This document shows positions 33,294 through 41,490 of a stretch of 42,041 bases of DNA, in pieces (the first letter of the stretch is position 1; each line of letters starts with the position of its first letter). A program made the translations under genes and the position numbers. The DNA comes from a bacterium (GTDB taxonomy: Bacteria > Patescibacteriota > Minisyncoccia > UBA6257 > GWB1-50-10). Below the pieces are notes generated by a model, which ran no database searches, was not told the DNA's origin, and saw only the letters and a program-made list of their open reading frames with translations. The DNA lies in the NCBI GenBank assembly GCA_027310975.1, contig DAICZV010000001.1:1-42041 (forward strand), read 5' to 3'.

Positions 33294-33332
33294 CCCCGGT
33301 AGTATCCGCCTACGGCGGAACTACGGGGCAAG
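33294..33332 (-). repeat. 39-bp palindromic element, copy 3
   Basis: CTTGCCCCGTAGTTCCGCCGTAGGCGGATACTACCGGGG. Confidence 0.8.
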
Positions 33333-33355
33333 TCGGACCAGCGATCTCTGTTTTA

Positions 33356-33483
33356 CCGTGCCCCGCACTAAAATTGCGCCTCTGTCATTGATTTGTGCGC
33401 ATGGTAGGAATCGAACCTACGGCCTCGTTCTTATCAGGAACGCGTTCTACCACTGAACTACATGCGCAATTTTCAGTGCGGGG
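33356..33483 (+). mobile_element. Inverted-repeat-bounded insert carrying the intact tRNA-Ile
   Basis: CCGTG+CCCCGCACTAAAATTGCGC ... GCGCAATTTTCAGTGCGGGG (19-bp IR with one indel). Confidence 0.6.
33396..33467 (-). tRNA. tRNA-Ile(GAT)
   Basis: Acceptor GCGCATG/CATGCGC; anticodon arm CGTTC-CTGATAA-GAACG; T loop GTTCGATTC. Confidence 0.95.
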
Positions 33484-33511
33484 TCAGGCAGCGTTCTACC
33501 GCCTTAAACAG

Positions 33512-33727
33512 TTACTGGTTCAAGTTTAGATTTTGGAAACCCTGGATGTCAAATTGCACCTGGGGCGGCGGCGTCGGCGGCACGGCCAGGGCCGCATTGA
33601 AACTTTCTCCCAAATAGACGACGCCCCAGATAACGAAGATGCCGGTCAAGACGACCATAAGGATGGCGAGAAGGAGGAACAGTGATTGCTGGGAGAACCT
33701 TTTTAACTTTTTGAAAGCTTGGGCCAT
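33512..33727 (-). CDS. Small single-pass membrane protein
   Basis: One long TM helix; coupled to the upstream PilO-like gene. Confidence 0.65.
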   Translation of the reverse strand: MAQAFKKLKRFSQQSLFLLLAILMVVLTGIFVIWGVVYLGESFNAALAVPPTPPPQVQFDIQGFQNLNLNQ

Positions 33728-33728
33728 T

Positions 33729-34253
33729 TTAGCGGTAATAGACGCGGCCGTTCACGGCCAAGTTGAGCTGGCCGCCCGACGAGCGGATGGAGACGTTGTC
33801 TACGGAGCTAAGATCGTGGAAGTTCGTGAGCGCCTTAAGGAACGAAAGCAGGTCGGGGAGATTACCCGATGTGATTGTGAGATTGTATCCCAAACTGCCC
33901 AGGCTGTTCCCGCTCGGCGACGTTTGGCCGGCGAAAGAAAAACCATAACCGAGCTTGTAAGGCATCGCGAGCGACTGCAGTTCGGCATTCAGGTTTATCA
34001 GGCTGTCGTAGGTCGGCACGACGTTCTGGAGCGCGTTCAAGTCGGTCTGGACGCTCACGTTGTACTGCCGCTGAAGCAAGGCCAGGTTGTTCAAGGCCTG
34101 GGTCCGGCTCGCGAGCAGCGCCCGCGTCTGCGTAATCCTTGCGATGTAATCGTCCACGTTGCCTTTGAAGAACAGTATCCCGGCTAGGAGAGCTACAATT
34201 ACGATGGCCGTGATGGAGAGCTCAATTATGAGCCGCTTTTTAAAATCGTTCAT
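33729..34253 (-). CDS. PilO/GspM-like type IV pilus assembly protein
   Basis: N-terminal TM helix, coiled coil, ferredoxin-like C-terminus (GNLPDLLSFLKALTN); pilin gene nearby. Confidence 0.55.
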   Translation of the reverse strand: MNDFKKRLIIELSITAIVIVALLAGILFFKGNVDDYIARITQTRALLASRTQALNNLALLQRQYNVSVQTDLNALQNVVPTYDSLINLNAELQSLAMPYKLGYGFSFAGQTSPSGNSLGSLGYNLTITSGNLPDLLSFLKALTNFHDLSSVDNVSIRSSGGQLNLAVNGRVYYR

Positions 34254-34298
34254 CTCTTCCCCTTATTATAGCGGACGGCTTCTATATAATGAAGGGAT

Positions 34299-35201
34299 AT
34301 GGCAGGGCCGAGCATTTTGGAGATGAAAAAAGGAGACGCTCAGTACCCGGAGCTTTTGGGCCAGACCGCGGGCGCGCCGGAAAACCTTTTTTGCCTGGGT
34401 GCCCCGCCTCGTAGCGACGAGGTTACGGTCGCGATTGTCGGCACCCGCAAGGCCACGCCCGATGGGCGGCTTTTGGCCAAACGTACCGCCGCCGCCCTCG
34501 CCCGGGCGGGCGTCACGGTTGTGAGCGGCCTGGCGCTCGGCATTGACGGGGCGGCCCATGAAGGCGCGCTTGAAGGCGGCGGCCGGACGCTGGCCGTTCT
34601 TGCCCGGGGATTGGACGATGTTTATCCCCAGGCGCACGTTGGCCTGGCCAGAAAAATAGTTGAACAGGGCGGCGCCATCCTCTCCGAATATCCGGTCGGC
34701 ACCCCTCCCCTGCAGCATCAGTTTCTGGAACGCAATCGCATCATCGCGGGCCTTTCGGTCGGGACCGTGATTGTGGAAGCCCCCATCCATTCCGGGGCCC
34801 TCGTCACCGCGCGTTGCGCGGCCGAAGCGGGCCGGGAGGTTTACGTTTTCCCCGGATCGGCCGGGAGTCCGAACTACGCCGGCTCCCATCTTTTGATCCG
34901 CAGCGGCGCGCGCCTCGTCGCATCGGCCGAAGATATTTTGGAAGACCTGGCATCCGTTTTGCCGAACTACGGCTTGGCATTGCCGAAAGAAGATGCCAGC
35001 CGCACCGAGCCGGAGGACGCGACCGACCGCGCAATTTTCCTGGCCCTGGCGGAAGCGTCCGGCGCCCTCACGATTGACAACCTCGCTCAATTAGTTAATC
35101 TTGAGACCCATATAGTGTCCGAGCGCCTGACCTATCTCATCCTGCGCGATATGGTAACGGAAAACGGCGGTCGGTACGCTTTGAAGAAAAAAATAAAATG
35201 A
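34299..35201 (+). CDS. dprA: DNA-processing protein DprA
   Basis: VAIVGTR, VSGLALGIDGAAH, FLERNRIIAGLS and SGALVTA motifs; C-terminal winged helix. Confidence 0.95.
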   Translation: MAGPSILEMKKGDAQYPELLGQTAGAPENLFCLGAPPRSDEVTVAIVGTRKATPDGRLLAKRTAAALARAGVTVVSGLALGIDGAAHEGALEGGGRTLAVLARGLDDVYPQAHVGLARKIVEQGGAILSEYPVGTPPLQHQFLERNRIIAGLSVGTVIVEAPIHSGALVTARCAAEAGREVYVFPGSAGSPNYAGSHLLIRSGARLVASAEDILEDLASVLPNYGLALPKEDASRTEPEDATDRAIFLALAEASGALTIDNLAQLVNLETHIVSERLTYLILRDMVTENGGRYALKKKIK

Positions 35202-37369
35202 AAAGTCTCGTCATCGTAGAATCGCCGACCAAAGCCAAAACTATATCCAAATACCTGGATAAGTCCTTTGAGATCCGGGCGAGCGTCGGTCATATTCGCG
35301 ACCTCCCCAAGAACAACAAAAAAGCCATAGATATTCCGGGCGGCTTTAAGCCGACGTATGAAGTGGTGAAAGGCAAAGAACCGGTCGTCGCCGAACTCAA
35401 AAAACTCGCAAAGAAGGCCGACCGGGTCTATCTCGCGACCGACCCGGACCGCGAAGGTGAGGCCATTGCCTGGCACATCGCGGAGACCATCGGCTTGGAC
35501 GAAACCAAGGCCGACCGCATCGCCTTCCACGAGATAACCGAACCGGCCATTAAAGAGGCCATGGCCCATCCCCGGCGGATAGATCTGAACTTGCTGAAAG
35601 CCCAAGAGGCCCGGCGCGTCCTGGACCGGCTTTTCGGCTACGACCTTTCCGGCCTCATCTGGAAAAAGGTCCGCTACGGCCTTTCGGCCGGGCGCGTCCA
35701 GTCGCCGGCCCTCCGGATACTCGTGGAGCGCGAGCGCGAGGTCCAGGCCTTCAAACCGGAGGCCTTTTACGTGATAGAAGGCAGTTTCGCGGCCAAACAG
35801 GGCTCCCTGACGCTTACCTGCGCCGAACAGCCGAAAAGCTCATCCGAGGCCGAACGCATCGTCGCCGAGGCCAAGCGGGGCGCCTGGAACATTTTAGACG
35901 TGAAACAGACCAAGGTTCGGCGCGCGCCCCGGCCGCCCTTCACCACCTCTACGCTCCAGCAGTCGGCCAGTTCGCGCCTTGGGTTCTCCCCTTCCCGCAC
36001 AATGGGCGTTGCCCAAAAACTTTACGAACAGGGTCTCATTACTTATATGCGCACCGACAGCTTTGCCATCAGCAAAGAGGTCTTGCCGGCCATTCTCGCG
36101 CAGGTGGAAAAGGAGTTCGGCAAGGAATACGTCCAGCCGCGGGTCTACGCCACGAAGAGCAAGACGGCCCAGGAAGCTCACGAGGCCGTTCGGCCGACGC
36201 AGTTCGCCAAAAAGTCCGCCGGCGGAAACGAGGAGCAGAAAAAACTGTATGTCCTTATTCGCGAACGGGCCCTGGCGAGCCAGATGGCGGACGCGGAACT
36301 TTTGCGGACGACCATTGCGGCGAATATTGCGGACAAGGCCATCCCGAATTTTACGGCGACCGGCAGTATCATCGCCTTCCCCGGATGGCTCGCGGGCGAC
36401 CCGCGGTCCAAGGGAGAGGAGAAGGAACTGCCGCCCGTCGGCGCGGGCGAAAAACTAGAGTTGAAGGAAATTACGAGCGAAGAAAAATTCACCGAACCGC
36501 CGCCGCGCTACACCGAGGCGGGGCTCGTGCGGGAGCTAGAAAAACGCGAAATCGGCCGGCCTTCCACTTACGCCGCCATCATCGCGACGCTCCTTAAAAG
36601 GAATTACGTGGAAAAGCTCGGCAAGGCCTTGAAGCCGACGGACACGGGCGACGTCGTCTCGTCTTTTTTGGAAAAGAACTTTCCCGATTACGTGAGCGAC
36701 ACATTCACGGCCGAGATGGAGAATGACCTGGACGAAATTGCCGACGGCAAGCGGGATTACGAAAAGACCCTCAAGGATTTTTACATTCCCTTCTCCAAAG
36801 AGGTGAAGTCCAAGGACAAACTGGAAAAGGCGACGACCCTGGGCGAGGACGACCGGTTCGTCTGTCCCCTGGACCCGAGCCACGGCCCGATGCTCGTGAA
36901 GCTCTCGCGGTCCGGCAAGTTTTTGAGCTGCCGGCTTTTCCCCAAGTGCTTGGGGGCGCGGAAGATAGATGGCTCGGTTATGGAACCGCCCAAAGAGACC
37001 GGCGAGGACTGCCCGGAGTGCAAGGTGGGCAAACTGGTGGAAAAGGAGGGCCGTTTCGGCAAGTTCATCGCCTGCTCGCGCTATCCAAAGTGCAAGTACA
37101 TAAAACAGAGCGAGAACGGCAATAACCTGGGCGGGACAGGCGTAAAGTGCCCAGAGGACGGCGGCGAGATCGTGGAGCGCCACGGCCGCTTCGGACCGTT
37201 CTTCAGCTGTTCCAACTACCCGAAGTGCAAATTCATAATCAAATCAAAACCGACTGGCGCAAAATGCCCGCTTTGCGGAGCGCTGATGATGCAAGGAACA
37301 AAAACAATTCCTGAAAGGTGTTCAAACAAGAGTTGCATCAATCATAATCCTCACAAAATTAAATCCTAG
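35198..37369 (+). CDS. topA: DNA topoisomerase I
   Basis: IVESPTKAKTI, ATDPDREGE, SAGRVQS, ITYMRTD and GRPSTY motifs; C-terminal Zn ribbons. Confidence 0.97.
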   Translation: MKSLVIVESPTKAKTISKYLDKSFEIRASVGHIRDLPKNNKKAIDIPGGFKPTYEVVKGKEPVVAELKKLAKKADRVYLATDPDREGEAIAWHIAETIGLDETKADRIAFHEITEPAIKEAMAHPRRIDLNLLKAQEARRVLDRLFGYDLSGLIWKKVRYGLSAGRVQSPALRILVEREREVQAFKPEAFYVIEGSFAAKQGSLTLTCAEQPKSSSEAERIVAEAKRGAWNILDVKQTKVRRAPRPPFTTSTLQQSASSRLGFSPSRTMGVAQKLYEQGLITYMRTDSFAISKEVLPAILAQVEKEFGKEYVQPRVYATKSKTAQEAHEAVRPTQFAKKSAGGNEEQKKLYVLIRERALASQMADAELLRTTIAANIADKAIPNFTATGSIIAFPGWLAGDPRSKGEEKELPPVGAGEKLELKEITSEEKFTEPPPRYTEAGLVRELEKREIGRPSTYAAIIATLLKRNYVEKLGKALKPTDTGDVVSSFLEKNFPDYVSDTFTAEMENDLDEIADGKRDYEKTLKDFYIPFSKEVKSKDKLEKATTLGEDDRFVCPLDPSHGPMLVKLSRSGKFLSCRLFPKCLGARKIDGSVMEPPKETGEDCPECKVGKLVEKEGRFGKFIACSRYPKCKYIKQSENGNNLGGTGVKCPEDGGEIVERHGRFGPFFSCSNYPKCKFIIKSKPTGAKCPLCGALMMQGTKTIPERCSNKSCINHNPHKIKS

Positions 37370-37377
37370 TTCCGCAG

Positions 37378-37403
37378 TCCGCCGAAGCTTTAGCGTAGGC
37401 GGA
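37378..37403. repeat. REP-like palindrome between convergent topA and map
   Basis: TCCGCC-GAAGCTTTAGCGTA-GGCGGA. Confidence 0.55.
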
Positions 37404-37417
37404 GAGGGCGCTCGAAA

Positions 37418-38179
37418 CTAGAAGGACGTTAGTATCTCCGCCCCGCTTTTAGTGATGGCGATGGTCTTTTCAAAATGGGCGCTTAAACTGCCGTCCGCCG
37501 TGTAATAGCTGTCGTCCTTCGCCTGTTTGATTTGGGGCGAACCGATGCTCACCATCGGCTCAATGGCCAGCACGAGCCCGGGCTGAAGCCTCATCCCCTC
37601 GCCCCGCCGGCCGTAGTTGTAGACCGTCGGGTCCTCGTGGAGCTTGAAGCCGGTGCCGTGGCCCGTGAGGCCCTGGACGACGCTCAGGCCGTTTTTTTCT
37701 ACGCAGGATTCAATGGCATAGCCGATGTCGCCCAAGCTGCCGCCGTTTCTCGCAGCGGAGAGGCCTTCCTTCAGGGATTCTTCCGTCACGGTCATAAGCT
37801 TTTTCGCCGCGGCGGATACCTTACCGATCCCGACCGTAAGGGCCGCGTCCGTGACATAACCTTTATAGACGACTCCGAAGTCTATTTTTAAAATATCGCC
37901 GTCCTTGAGCTCGCGGTTGCGCGGCATGCCGTGGACGATTTGGTCGTTCAAGGAGAGGCAGAGAGCGGCCGGATAAGGCGCGGCTGCGCCTTCCGGTTTA
38001 TAGTTCAAAAAGGCGGCCGTTGCCCCTTCTTCTTTGAGCATTTCCCGGGCGAGGTTCTCCAGTTCCAGCAGGTTCGCGCCGGCGATGGCGCTCTCTTTCA
38101 CGGCGATGAGTATCCGCGTAAGTATCTGCCCGGAAGTCCGCAGACCTTCCAGGTCCTTTTCTTTCTTGAGTCGTATCAT
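37418..38179 (-). CDS. map: Methionine aminopeptidase type I
   Basis: IVHGMP, DFG...TDAA, GHGTG..LHEDP, AIEPM and SAHFEKT motifs. Confidence 0.96.
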   Translation of the reverse strand: MIRLKKEKDLEGLRTSGQILTRILIAVKESAIAGANLLELENLAREMLKEEGATAAFLNYKPEGAAAPYPAALCLSLNDQIVHGMPRNRELKDGDILKIDFGVVYKGYVTDAALTVGIGKVSAAAKKLMTVTEESLKEGLSAARNGGSLGDIGYAIESCVEKNGLSVVQGLTGHGTGFKLHEDPTVYNYGRRGEGMRLQPGLVLAIEPMVSIGSPQIKQAKDDSYYTADGSLSAHFEKTIAITKSGAEILTSF

Positions 38180-38862
38180 TTTTTCAATTTAAGGATTTGA
38201 GCGATCTTTTCGGAAACGGCATAGGGGGCCGGCACGCCATTAATGGCTGCCACCGGATATTTTTTCTTTTTCATCGTATCTATCATCGGCTTGGTCCGAA
38301 CGGCATATTCTTTCAGGCGCTCCTTGATGACCCGGGGATCGTCCAAGGTCCGGGTTTTAGTTTTACCGTCGCAAAGCGGACATCGGGGATGCGCAACGTT
38401 CGCCAGCACTTGGAGTCCGCAAACGGAACAAACGCGCCGCTTGCTGTTTCTCGCTATGGAGGCCGAGGCCGGGATTTGGAGCACTAGTACGCGCACGTTC
38501 CGCTTGCCGTATTCCGCCTCAAGCAGACGCATCAGCCCTTCGGTCTTCTCGTCGCCGAAGGCCTCATACATGGTGCGGGGCGAACCGCTGTAAACGATGT
38601 TCGCGCCGAGCGAGGCGAGCTTTTTGGTCTCATTTTTGACTATCTTCAATACGAAGGAGGGCGTGCACAGCTTGCCGGTGTCAAAGTTGATGCGCTCCCT
38701 TTTCAAAACCTGGTCCTTGGCCGCTTCTTTGGAATGGACGGTATTTTCCAGGTAACGACCGGTATCAAAGTTCAAAAAACCGTAACGGCGGGCTAAAAGC
38801 TCCGCCTGCGTCCCCTTCCCCGCCCCCGGAGGGCCAAATATGATGACCGCCTGCTTAGGCAT
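38176..38862 (-). CDS. adk: Adenylate kinase family protein with Zn-binding LID
   Basis: GPPGAGKGTQA, GSPRT and CSVC...CPLC motifs; between secY and map. Confidence 0.88.
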   Translation of the reverse strand: MPKQAVIIFGPPGAGKGTQAELLARRYGFLNFDTGRYLENTVHSKEAAKDQVLKRERINFDTGKLCTPSFVLKIVKNETKKLASLGANIVYSGSPRTMYEAFGDEKTEGLMRLLEAEYGKRNVRVLVLQIPASASIARNSKRRVCSVCGLQVLANVAHPRCPLCDGKTKTRTLDDPRVIKERLKEYAVRTKPMIDTMKKKKYPVAAINGVPAPYAVSEKIAQILKLKK

Positions 38863-38904
38863 CGTTTGATGTCATTGATTATACCCAAATATCTTTAAAA
38901 TTAA

Positions 38905-38935
38905 AAATGTTAGGGAGTTGAGTTCCCTAACATTT
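38905..38935. repeat. REP-like palindrome
   Basis: AAATGTTAGGGAG-TTGAG-TTCCCTAACATTT; same family as 7173-7230. Confidence 0.65.
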
Positions 38936-38949
38936 GAGAAAGTTAAGCC

Positions 38950-40221
38950 CTAAATGATGTTCTCGTACTCCCGGACAGTGAGCTGGCTTTCCAGCTGCTT
39001 CATCACCTCCAATGCGACGGCAACGACGATAAGGAGGGCGGTGCCGCCCACGGTGAGGGCCTGAATGCCCGTGATGAGCTGGGTCACGTTAGGCAGAACG
39101 GCCACGATGCCGAGGAAGATGGCGCCGAAGAGAGTGATGCGGTGCATGATGTGCGTAATGAGGGCCGCCGTGGACTCACCCGGGCGCACGCCTGGCACGA
39201 ACCCGCCGCTCTTTTGGAGGTTCTTGGAGATCTCGTGCGGATCAAACGTAATGGCGGTGTAGAAATAGGTGAAGAGGACGACGAGGATGAAATAGACCAA
39301 GCTGTAGATGGGAATATCGTTGAAGAAACCGGTCACCCAGGCGCTCATGCTTTGAGCAATGGCGGGCGAAATAATGGTGATGGCCTGCGAAATGAATTGC
39401 GGGAAGAGCAGCAAGGAGATGGCGAAGATGATGGGGATGACACCCGCCTGGTTCACCCGAAGCGGCAGATACGTGGAGACGCCGCCGTAGAGCTTGTTGC
39501 CACGGACCTGCTTGGCGTAAGAAACGGGCACTTTGCGCTCCCCTTCGCTTACGAAGACCACGCCCGCGATGACAACGACGCTCAAAATTAGGAAGGCCAG
39601 ATAAGTCGGCAAGGTGGACGGATTGTAGTTCGCGAAGGCGTTCGCAACCGTCTCCGGCAGACGGCTCACGATGCCGGCAAAGATGATGAGCGAAACGCCG
39701 TTTCCTATCTTGTATTCGCTGATAAGCTCGCCGATCCAGGTAAGGAGCACGCTCCCCGCGGTGATGACGATGACGTTCGTGAGCATTTGGAGCGGGGCGA
39801 GCGGCGCGAGCACCTTCTCGGACATAAGGAGGTTAAGGAAGCCGTAACCCTGAAGCATGGCGAGAGGCACGGTGAGATACCGCGAGATGCGGTTGAATTT
39901 GGCCTGGCCGGCCGCCCCCTCTTCGTAATAGATCTTCTTGAGGTTCGGGAAGACGATGGTGAGAAGCTGCATGATGATGGTGGCCGTGATGTAAGGGCCC
40001 ACGCCGAGCATCATAATGGAAAGATTGGAAAGACCGCCGCCCGAGAAGAGGTTCAGAAAGCCGAAGAGCTGGTTGGAGCCGAGGAATTGCTGGAGCGCCG
40101 CGGCGTCTATGCCCGGCGTCGGGATGGCGGCGAGAAGCCGGAAGATCAACAGCAAAAAGAGGACCATGAGGACCTTCTTCCTCAAGTCCGGCACTTTGAA
40201 AATTTGGAGAAAGCGGTTCAT
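38950..40221 (-). CDS. secY: Preprotein translocase subunit SecY
   Basis: LGVGPYITATIIMQLL, IGNGVSLIIFAGI, NQAGVIPIIFA, GGFVPGVRPG and GGTALLIVV motifs. Confidence 0.98.
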   Translation of the reverse strand: MNRFLQIFKVPDLRKKVLMVLFLLLIFRLLAAIPTPGIDAAALQQFLGSNQLFGFLNLFSGGGLSNLSIMMLGVGPYITATIIMQLLTIVFPNLKKIYYEEGAAGQAKFNRISRYLTVPLAMLQGYGFLNLLMSEKVLAPLAPLQMLTNVIVITAGSVLLTWIGELISEYKIGNGVSLIIFAGIVSRLPETVANAFANYNPSTLPTYLAFLILSVVVIAGVVFVSEGERKVPVSYAKQVRGNKLYGGVSTYLPLRVNQAGVIPIIFAISLLLFPQFISQAITIISPAIAQSMSAWVTGFFNDIPIYSLVYFILVVLFTYFYTAITFDPHEISKNLQKSGGFVPGVRPGESTAALITHIMHRITLFGAIFLGIVAVLPNVTQLITGIQALTVGGTALLIVVAVALEVMKQLESQLTVREYENII

Positions 40222-40641
40222 TTATTCCACCTTGCCGCCGGCCGCCTCTATCGCCTTCTTGGCCGAAGCTGAGACCGGCAAACCTTGGATCGTGATGGCG
40301 GCGACGATTTTGCCGCCTCCTAATATCTTAACCTTGGCGCGCGGGTTAGCAATCAGGCCCTTTTGGGCGAGGATGGTCTTGGTGACCGCGCCGGAAACGG
40401 CCAGCGCTCCCAGTTCGGAAACCTGGATGATGGTCGGCCGCGGAGATTTCGGCTTATTCGTGGTACCGCGGGCCTTCGGGAACTTCATTATCATCTCGCG
40501 CTCGGCGCGGGGCAGGCTGTGGCCGGAACGGGCCTTCTGGCCCTTTTGGCCGCGGCCCGAAGTGGTGCCGCGCTTCCCTCCCCGGCCGACCCGAAGGGTC
40601 TTGCGGCGGGCGTGAGTCGGTTTTAGTTCATTGAGCTGCAT
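40222..40641 (-). CDS. rplO: 50S ribosomal protein L15
   Basis: RVGRGGKRGTTSGRGQKGQKARSG, VKILG and AIEAAGG motifs. Confidence 0.96.
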   Translation of the reverse strand: MQLNELKPTHARRKTLRVGRGGKRGTTSGRGQKGQKARSGHSLPRAEREMIMKFPKARGTTNKPKSPRPTIIQVSELGALAVSGAVTKTILAQKGLIANPRAKVKILGGGKIVAAITIQGLPVSASAKKAIEAAGGKVE

Positions 40642-40645
40642 GTTT

Positions 40646-41119
40646 TTATTTTACGGTCATTAATTTCTTCAAAGCTTCCAGGGTCGCGAGGGCGTTCGTG
40701 AGTTTGTTGGTCGTCCGGCCCAAGATTTTGGCCGAAATGTCCTTGACGCCCGCGAGTTCCAAGACGACGCGCACCGAGCCGCCGGCGATGAGGCCGTGGC
40801 CCTGACGGGCGGGTTTCAAGCGAACCTTGGCGGCGCTGTATTTGGCGTCCACGTCGTGCGGAATGGTCCGGCCGTTCTTCAATGGCACGAGGAACATGTC
40901 TTTCTGGGCGGCCCGTTTGGCTTTCTCCACCGAGGCGGCCACGTCCATGCCTTTAGCGACGCCCACGCCCACTTTGCCCTTGCCGTCCCCGAGGACGACC
41001 GTGGCCCGGAAGCTGAAGCGCTTGCCGCCGGCCATGACGCGGGTCACGCGCCGAATCTCCAGGACCTTTTCCTGGAATTCGCTGATCTTTTTAGGTTTCA
41101 TAAAAGGTTTCGGTGCCAT
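40646..41119 (-). CDS. rpsE: 30S ribosomal protein S5
   Basis: RRVTRVMAGGKRFSFRA, GLIAGGSVR and VLELAG motifs. Confidence 0.97.
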   Translation of the reverse strand: MAPKPFMKPKKISEFQEKVLEIRRVTRVMAGGKRFSFRATVVLGDGKGKVGVGVAKGMDVAASVEKAKRAAQKDMFLVPLKNGRTIPHDVDAKYSAAKVRLKPARQGHGLIAGGSVRVVLELAGVKDISAKILGRTTNKLTNALATLEALKKLMTVK

Positions 41120-41123
41120 AAGT

Positions 41124-41486
41124 TTAGAATTTCATTCCTCCGGCGCGGGCCGCTTCGGCCAAGGCCTTCACCCGGCCGTGATAGGCGTATTCTCCGCGGT
41201 CAAAGACGACTCCCGCGATGCCGGCCTGCTTCGCCTTCGCCGCCAGTTCCGTGCCGACCAATATCGCGATGTCGGTCTTTTTGCCTTTCGCTTTGGGTTT
41301 GACCGAAAGAGAGGAAACCGAGACCAGGGTCTTGCCGGATGCGTCATCTATGACCTGGGCGTAAATATGGCGGCCGCTCCGGAAAACGGAAAGCCGCGGC
41401 TTTATCTCGCCGGTTTTGAGATGCGCTCGGACCCGTTTTGCCCGGCGCGATTTAACTTTTTTGTTGGCTTTAGCTTGTTTTGGCAT
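41124..41486 (-). CDS. rplR: 50S ribosomal protein L18
   Basis: [15 protein letters not shown] and [21 protein letters not shown] motifs; start reassigned to MPKQAK. Confidence 0.96.
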   Translation of the reverse strand: MPKQAKANKKVKSRRAKRVRAHLKTGEIKPRLSVFRSGRHIYAQVIDDASGKTLVSVSSLSVKPKAKGKKTDIAILVGTELAAKAKQAGIAGVVFDRGEYAYHGRVKALAEAARAGGMKF

Positions 41487-41490
41487 AGTT

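Larger units (their letters stand above)
33279..33500 (-). pseudogene. Relic tRNA-Ile(GAT) interrupted by two insertions
   Basis: GGTAGAACGCTGCCTGA[128 bp]TAAAACAGAGATCGCTGGTCCGA[39 bp]TTCCTTCCACGCCCA. Confidence 0.65.

Noticed and set aside
33199..33467. rRNA operon spacer suggested by the Ile-Ala tRNA pair
   Set aside because: The flanks are protein-coding genes; no 16S or 23S sequence is in the window.
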